Assembly: GCA_965198115.1 (NCBI GenBank)
Contig: OZ240241.1
Span: 2,624,001-2,688,000 of the forward strand
Direction of reading: 5' to 3'
From: Candidatus Latescibacterota bacterium
GTDB taxonomy: Bacteria; Latescibacterota; UBA2968
Length of the DNA stretch: 64,000 nucleotides
The position numbers were made by a program, and so were the translations under genes. Every line of letters begins with the position of its first letter. Positions within the stretch are counted from its first letter, which is position 1. The notes under the pieces are model-generated. The model saw only the letters and a program-made list of their open reading frames with translations, did no database searches and was not told the origin of the DNA. Positions 58,972 to 64,000 of this stretch are shown one piece after another.

Positions 58972-61644
58972 TTAGGACAGGGCAGCGAGGGTCTCACGCA
59001 AGCGCCCAGCCGTCGTCTCGTACTCGGCCTTTCGTCTCCGCTCGTTCTCGACGATATCGGCCGGTGCGTTTTGCAAGAAGCGCTCATTCGCCAGTTTCTT
59101 TTCTAGCCCCGTCAGCGCTTTCGACAACCGGTCCAGCTCCTTCTCCTGCCGCTGCCGCTCCACATCCAGGTCGATCAACCCCGCGAGCGGCACGTAGAGT
59201 TCGGCATCGGTCAGCACCGCCGTACCAGACGCCGGCGGACGCTCGGCGTCCGCGGCGATCTCGACACGGTCCAGACGGGCGAGTTCCCGGATCGCATCGG
59301 CCGCCGCGGCCAGGACCTCGCGACGTGCGTCGTCCGGCATCCTCACGACGAGATCCGCGCGCTTGGAGGGCGGCACGTGCATCGTCCCGCGAATGTTCCG
59401 GACCGCCCCCACAACTTCCTGAATCAAGCCGACCTCCGATTCCGCCGTCTCATCGTAAAACGACGTGTTCGCCTCCGGCCACTCGGCCACGATGAGGGCG
59501 TCGCCATCGTGCGGGCACTGTTGCCAGAGCTCCTCCGAAATAAACGGCACGACGGGATGCAGCATCCTCAGCGTTCCCTCGAGGACGTGCGCCAGAATGT
59601 TCTGGACCTCCTCGCGTGACTGCGCGTCTCCGCCATTCAGACGCACCTTCGCAAGCTCCACATACCAGTCGCAATAGCTGTTCCAGACGAATTCGTAGAG
59701 GGTTCGGGATGCCTCGTCGAATCGATACGCTTCGAGGGCGTGTGTCACCGTGTCGATCGTTCGGTGATACTGACTCAGGATCCACCGATCCGCCACGTCG
59801 GACGGAGCCGCGGGCGGCGACAGCAAAGCCGGATCGGACGCATCCCGATCGGAGAGGTTCATTAACACGAAGCGCGAGGCGTTCCAAACCTTGTTGCAAA
59901 AATTCCGGCACGACTCGGTTATCGGCGAATCCTGCAAGTGGTTGTCCACGACCTCGGCGTCGAATCGAATGTCCTGTGAGCTGCCGCACTGGTAGAGCAG
60001 CGACAGCCGAGTCGCGTCGGTGCCGTAGCGTTCGATCAACTCCCGCGGGTCGATGCCCGTGCCGAGGGACTTGCTCATGCGTTTTCCGTCGCGGGTCTGT
60101 ACGGTCGGGTGAACAAGAACCGTTCGGAACGGGATCTCCTTCACGAACTCCGTCGCCGTCATGATCATCCGAATCACCCAGAGGTAGAGAATTTGACGAT
60201 CGGTAATCATCACGTCGGTCGGATGGTAGGTCGCCAGGTCGTCCGTCTGATCCGGCCACCCCAGCGTGGCGAACGGCCAGAGTGCCGAGCTGAACCACGT
60301 ATCCAGCACGTCGGGATCCTGCTCGTAGGCTTCGACGTCCTCCGGTGGCTCGATCTGAACCTTCACTATTCCGGTCTGTTTGTGCGTCCACGCTGGGATG
60401 CGATGTCCCCACCAGATCTGGCGCGAGATGCACCAATCCCTGATGTTCTCGAGCCAGTCGATCGAGTATTCTCGAAAACGGTCGGGAACGTAGGTCACGT
60501 CCTTCCGACGAAGGGTGGGCAGAATCAGGTCCGCCAGGTCGCGCATGGACACGAACCACTGTTCCAGCAGAAGGGGTTCGATCACCGTGCCACATCGATC
60601 GTGGTGGGGCACGGCGTGATCGTGATCGTCGATCTTGACCAGCAACCCCTGCGCTTGGAGTTCGGCCACGACCGCCTCTCGACAGGCATAGCGGTCCTGC
60701 CCCGCAAATCGTCCAGCGTCCTCCGTCATCGCCCCGTCCAGCCCGATCACCTGGATTTCCGGCAGGTCGTGGCGTCGCCCGATCTCGTAGTCGTTCGGGT
60801 CGTGGGCGGGGGTCACCTTGACGGCGCCGCTCCCCATCTCCGGGTCAGCAGCGTCATCGGCCACGATCGGAATGGATCTGTCCATAAGAGGGAGTCGCAC
60901 CCGTTTGCCGATCGCGCCCTGCCACCTCCCGTCCGTTGGATGAACGGCCACCCCCGTGTCGCCGAGCATGGTCTCGGGACGTGTCGTGGCCACGACGACA
61001 TCGTGGTCACCTTCGATACCCGGGTATCGGATATGCCAGAGATGCCCGTGAACGTCGTTCTCCTCCAGCTCCAGGTCGGAAACCACGGATTCGCATTGCG
61101 GACACCAGTTCACGATCCGCCGCCCGCGGTAGATCCAACCCCGATCGTAAAACCGGACGAACGTCTGCAGCACGGCACGCACGTAACCTTCGTCCATCGT
61201 GTATCGCTCGCGCGACCAGTCGTAGCTGCACCCGAGATCCCTCAACTGCTGCAGGATGGTGTTCCCATAGTTTTCCTTCCACGCTTCGACCCTCTCGAGC
61301 ATTTCCTCTCGGCCGATGTCGTGCCGCGTCTTTCCTTCCTCTTCCTGAATCCGCTCCTCTACCTTCATCTGCGTTCCGATCCCGGCGTGATCCGTTCCGG
61401 GCAGGCAGAGGGTCCGGCGCCCCTGCATGCGCCGCCACCGAACGATCGTGTCGTGAATGGCGTGCTGGAGGGCGTGACCCATGTGAAGTTCCCCCGTCAC
61501 GTTGGGCGGAGGAATCGTGACCGAAAACGGTTCACCGTCCGGGTTCGACTCGGGCCGGAAATAGCCCCCCTCGTCCCAGAAGGTGTACCACTTTTTCTCT
61601 ACCGCATTCGGGTCGTAGGTCTTTTCGAGAAGTGCGTCCGTCAT
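58972..61644 (-). CDS. valS: Valine--tRNA ligase
   Basis: PPPNVTGELHMGHA, ATTRPETMLGD, DWCISRQIWWGH, KRMSKS and a C-terminal coiled-coil arm; start at MTDALLEKTY. Confidence 0.97.
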   Translation of the reverse strand: MTDALLEKTYDPNAVEKKWYTFWDEGGYFRPESNPDGEPFSVTIPPPNVTGELHMGHALQHAIHDTIVRWRRMQGRRTLCLPGTDHAGIGTQMKVEERIQEEEGKTRHDIGREEMLERVEAWKENYGNTILQQLRDLGCSYDWSRERYTMDEGYVRAVLQTFVRFYDRGWIYRGRRIVNWCPQCESVVSDLELEENDVHGHLWHIRYPGIEGDHDVVVATTRPETMLGDTGVAVHPTDGRWQGAIGKRVRLPLMDRSIPIVADDAADPEMGSGAVKVTPAHDPNDYEIGRRHDLPEIQVIGLDGAMTEDAGRFAGQDRYACREAVVAELQAQGLLVKIDDHDHAVPHHDRCGTVIEPLLLEQWFVSMRDLADLILPTLRRKDVTYVPDRFREYSIDWLENIRDWCISRQIWWGHRIPAWTHKQTGIVKVQIEPPEDVEAYEQDPDVLDTWFSSALWPFATLGWPDQTDDLATYHPTDVMITDRQILYLWVIRMIMTATEFVKEIPFRTVLVHPTVQTRDGKRMSKSLGTGIDPRELIERYGTDATRLSLLYQCGSSQDIRFDAEVVDNHLQDSPITESCRNFCNKVWNASRFVLMNLSDRDASDPALLSPPAAPSDVADRWILSQYHRTIDTVTHALEAYRFDEASRTLYEFVWNSYCDWYVELAKVRLNGGDAQSREEVQNILAHVLEGTLRMLHPVVPFISEELWQQCPHDGDALIVAEWPEANTSFYDETAESEVGLIQEVVGAVRNIRGTMHVPPSKRADLVVRMPDDARREVLAAAADAIRELARLDRVEIAADAERPPASGTAVLTDAELYVPLAGLIDLDVERQRQEKELDRLSKALTGLEKKLANERFLQNAPADIVENERRRKAEYETTAGRLRETLAALS

Positions 61645-61676
61645 GGGGTTCCGTTGGTCAATAGGTCCAGGGGACG

Positions 61677-63107
61677 TCAGGTGATAGAATAGCTGCGCAA
61701 CCCTTCGTAGATCGTCTGGACGGCCACCTTGATCACAGCCGTCATCGGGACGGCCAGGAGCATCCCCATGGCACCGAACATCTGACTTCCGACGAGGACG
61801 ACGAAGATCACGACGAGTGGATGGAGGTCGACGGCACGGGCGACGACGACCGGTTGCACGAAGACGTTGTCGAGCAGCTGGATCACGAGGAACACACCGA
61901 TGACCGGAAGGATCGTACCCCATCCCAGCGTCGAATACTGCAGCAGCGCCGAAACGGTCCCGGCGATGATCCCGATCAACGGCCCCAGATACGGAATCAC
62001 GTTCGCCACACCCGCGATCGTCCCAACCACCATGTAATCGCGCAGTCCGATCAGCCAGAGGCCACAGATCGACAAGGCGCTGATGATCACGACCGACATC
62101 ACCATACCGCGAATGTATCCCCCCAGTTGCTGGTCGATTCGATAGATCAGGTTCAGAACCATTTCAAAATATTTATTGGGGATGAGCTCGATGAAAGCTC
62201 GTTTGATCGCCCGACCCTCTGCCAGGAAGAAGAAGAGGACGAGCGGGACGATTACCACAAAGGTGATCCCCGACAGCAGGCTCCCTAGCATCGCCGGCGT
62301 TTCTTTGAGCACGTCCGTCGCAGCCCCCTGGACCTTGTCGCTCACCATCGAAGCTAGATCGACCCTGCCGAACTTAGGAAAGACTTTTTGAAGCTCCGGC
62401 TGGAGATCCTGGATTTGCATCCTGAGCTGTGACATATACCCCGTCTCCGCCATCCCGAACGCGTGTGCGCTGTCGGTCACGGCTACGGCAGCCTGCCCTA
62501 AATCCTTCATCTGTTCGGGCACATAGCGCTGCGTGTCGCGCTGCTTCGACAGGTTTCCGCTGACGCGCAGGATCAGCGGCGACACACCGGGATCACTCGA
62601 CCGCAGGACGACCGTCCCGATCGCGGGCCCGGGTCGGTCCGGGGCGAACTCGATCGAGATCGTGTCCTGGGAGCCCGGCGCGAGTTTTAGCGGGACGACA
62701 TCTTGCTCGACGACGAAGGGTGGACTGGCTTCCACTTCGTCAAAGGTCACCTCGCTCCAACCCCGGTTGGCGATCACGCATTCCCAGACGGGCCGATCGC
62801 CCAGAATCTGTGTCTTCATGTCGCCCATGCCCGTGATCAGCACGGGCATGAACGTCGCCACGGCCAGAATGAAGATCCCGATTATGGATACGAGCACGGC
62901 CGTCACGCTCGCCATCCGGTGGATGCGGTGGGATTCCATGTAATCGACGACCGGCACGAGGATGTAAGAAAGAACGAAAGCCAGCCCAAAAGGCAGGAGC
63001 GTCCCGCGAATGGAGTAGATCACCCACGCCACACCCAGGAGCACGGCGCCGATCAGGACCGCCCTGAGAAATTGTGAGACACTGATGTCGGCTCTTTGCT
63101 CTTCCAT
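61677..63107 (-). CDS. AI-2E family transporter with an inserted Ig-like (ASH/choice-of-anchor-D-like) domain
   Basis: LLPFGLAFVLSYIL.P, GGYIRG, NVIPYLGP and QLLDNVFVQP..V.LHPL; beta-sandwich insert at aa ~108-218. Confidence 0.88.
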   Translation of the reverse strand: MEEQRADISVSQFLRAVLIGAVLLGVAWVIYSIRGTLLPFGLAFVLSYILVPVVDYMESHRIHRMASVTAVLVSIIGIFILAVATFMPVLITGMGDMKTQILGDRPVWECVIANRGWSEVTFDEVEASPPFVVEQDVVPLKLAPGSQDTISIEFAPDRPGPAIGTVVLRSSDPGVSPLILRVSGNLSKQRDTQRYVPEQMKDLGQAAVAVTDSAHAFGMAETGYMSQLRMQIQDLQPELQKVFPKFGRVDLASMVSDKVQGAATDVLKETPAMLGSLLSGITFVVIVPLVLFFFLAEGRAIKRAFIELIPNKYFEMVLNLIYRIDQQLGGYIRGMVMSVVIISALSICGLWLIGLRDYMVVGTIAGVANVIPYLGPLIGIIAGTVSALLQYSTLGWGTILPVIGVFLVIQLLDNVFVQPVVVARAVDLHPLVVIFVVLVGSQMFGAMGMLLAVPMTAVIKVAVQTIYEGLRSYSIT

Positions 63108-63608
63108 CTAAGGCTCCACGCCGGTCGTTTCCGCTTCCAGTCGAACTTCCTTGAGAGACCGGTTGGTGCGACGGAGTCTCTCGGCGACGATCTGAGAGAG
63201 CTGCATCACGATCTTGACCCCGATACGGGGACGGGTTTCGGCAAGCTCGAGAAGGTCGGATCGATTCAGGAGGAGCAGCTCGGCATCTTCGGCAGCCACC
63301 GCAGAGGCCGATCGGGGCGCGTCACCCAGGAGAGCCATTTCTCCGAAGAACGCGCCCGTCCTGACCTCTGTGAGCTTGAGATGCGTCTCGTCTTTCTCCT
63401 GCTGAAAGATGCTGACCGATCCGGATGCGACGATATAGAGACCGTCACCGGGATCGCCCTGCGAGAACACCATCTCGCCCGCCTTCTTCGACAGGGGTTT
63501 CAGGATCCGCTCGATCTCGGCCTGCTCTCTCCGTCCGAGCTCGGAAAACATCGTGGCTTCCGCCCAGATCTTGTCGCTACTGTGGCTTGAAGAGAAGAAC
63601 TCGAACAC
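63108..63608 (-). CDS. Stand-alone cyclic nucleotide-binding domain protein
   Basis: VFSQGDPGDGLYIVASGSV and FFGEMALL..APRSASA; no HTH. Confidence 0.9.
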   Translation of the reverse strand: MFEFFSSSHSSDKIWAEATMFSELGRREQAEIERILKPLSKKAGEMVFSQGDPGDGLYIVASGSVSIFQQEKDETHLKLTEVRTGAFFGEMALLGDAPRSASAVAAEDAELLLLNRSDLLELAETRPRIGVKIVMQLSQIVAERLRRTNRSLKEVRLEAETTGVEP

Positions 63609-63617
63609 GCAGGACTC

Positions 63618-63998
63618 CTATTCCGAAGCTTTCCAGGGCGCATCGGCTGCCAGCGACAACCCACCGTCGAGCAGCTGATCCAATGCGACGAATGACTTGG
63701 GGGTCCGCTGGTTCTCGAGGTGTTCCATCTGAAAGAGTCTGAGCACCGTCCTCGCCTTCTGTCGATCGATCGCGTCGAAGGCCGACGGGTCGAACCGGTC
63801 GGGGGTCGCAACCTGGAGGGATTCGAGGAACCGACGGATGTCTCCGTCGATCCATTCGCCGGGCCCATCCACACGCCGGCCGACGGCTCCCCCTGCCTCG
63901 GGGCTGAACCAGACACGATCCTCACCAAGGGGCTCTCCGGTCAGAACACATCCGCTCAGGTGCGGGCGGTATCCCAGGCACCCCGCCGACTTGAGCTG
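63618..63998 (-). CDS. recO: DNA repair protein RecO, C-terminal part (5' end outside the window)
   Basis: The frame is open to the window edge: QLKSAGCLGYRPHLSGCVLTGEP...WFSPEAGGAV...HLE...PKSF, matching the RecO_C pattern. Confidence 0.72.
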   Translation of the reverse strand, partial: QLKSAGCLGYRPHLSGCVLTGEPLGEDRVWFSPEAGGAVGRRVDGPGEWIDGDIRRFLESLQVATPDRFDPSAFDAIDRQKARTVLRLFQMEHLENQRTPKSFVALDQLLDGGLSLAADAPWKASE

Positions 63999-64000
63999 AA

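Noticed and set aside
61645-61923. Extended valS N-terminus in the ORF track
   Set aside because: It overlaps the AI-2E gene; ValRS homology starts at MTDALLEKTYDP (61644).

Overview
GC-rich bacterial window, most consistent with an FCB-superphylum (Latescibacterota/Gemmatimonadota-like) genome; the taxon is inferred from protein style only. About 1-13.4 kb is an accessory region: a hydrolase, a GH4 alpha-galactosidase, an MFS transporter, a hydrolase-methyltransferase fusion, an 18-aa-repeat coiled-coil protein, a beta-propeller sensor kinase and a PIG-L deacetylase. It is strewn with 7-10 bp tandem arrays, REP-like palindromes, a 20-bp direct repeat and a 27-bp inverted repeat. The rest is mostly core genome: an Omp85/large-OMP/NHL/dapL operon, rplM-rpsI-rpsB-tsf-frr (no pyrH), orphan fliL, cca-murA-rlmN, M23-larC, glnA, hup, rho-rpmE-prfA-prmC-polyprenyl synthase-secDF, and PBP1A-valS-AI-2E-cNMP-recO, plus an IS200/IS605 and an ISL3 element. 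The best candidate for a new system lies at 35.3-40.0 kb. A PAS kinase and an NtrC-type activator sit upstream of a complete sigma54 promoter (paired palindromic UAS, IHF site, TGGCAC-N5-TTGC). That promoter faces an operon of a Bacteroidota-type sigma70 factor flanked by two PTS EIIA proteins. The module is divergent from a kinase-receiver-glgC-glnD operon and close to glnA. Eight genes carry single frameshifts, mostly in short homopolymers, which look like long-read assembly errors. No rRNA, tRNA or CRISPR array was recognised.
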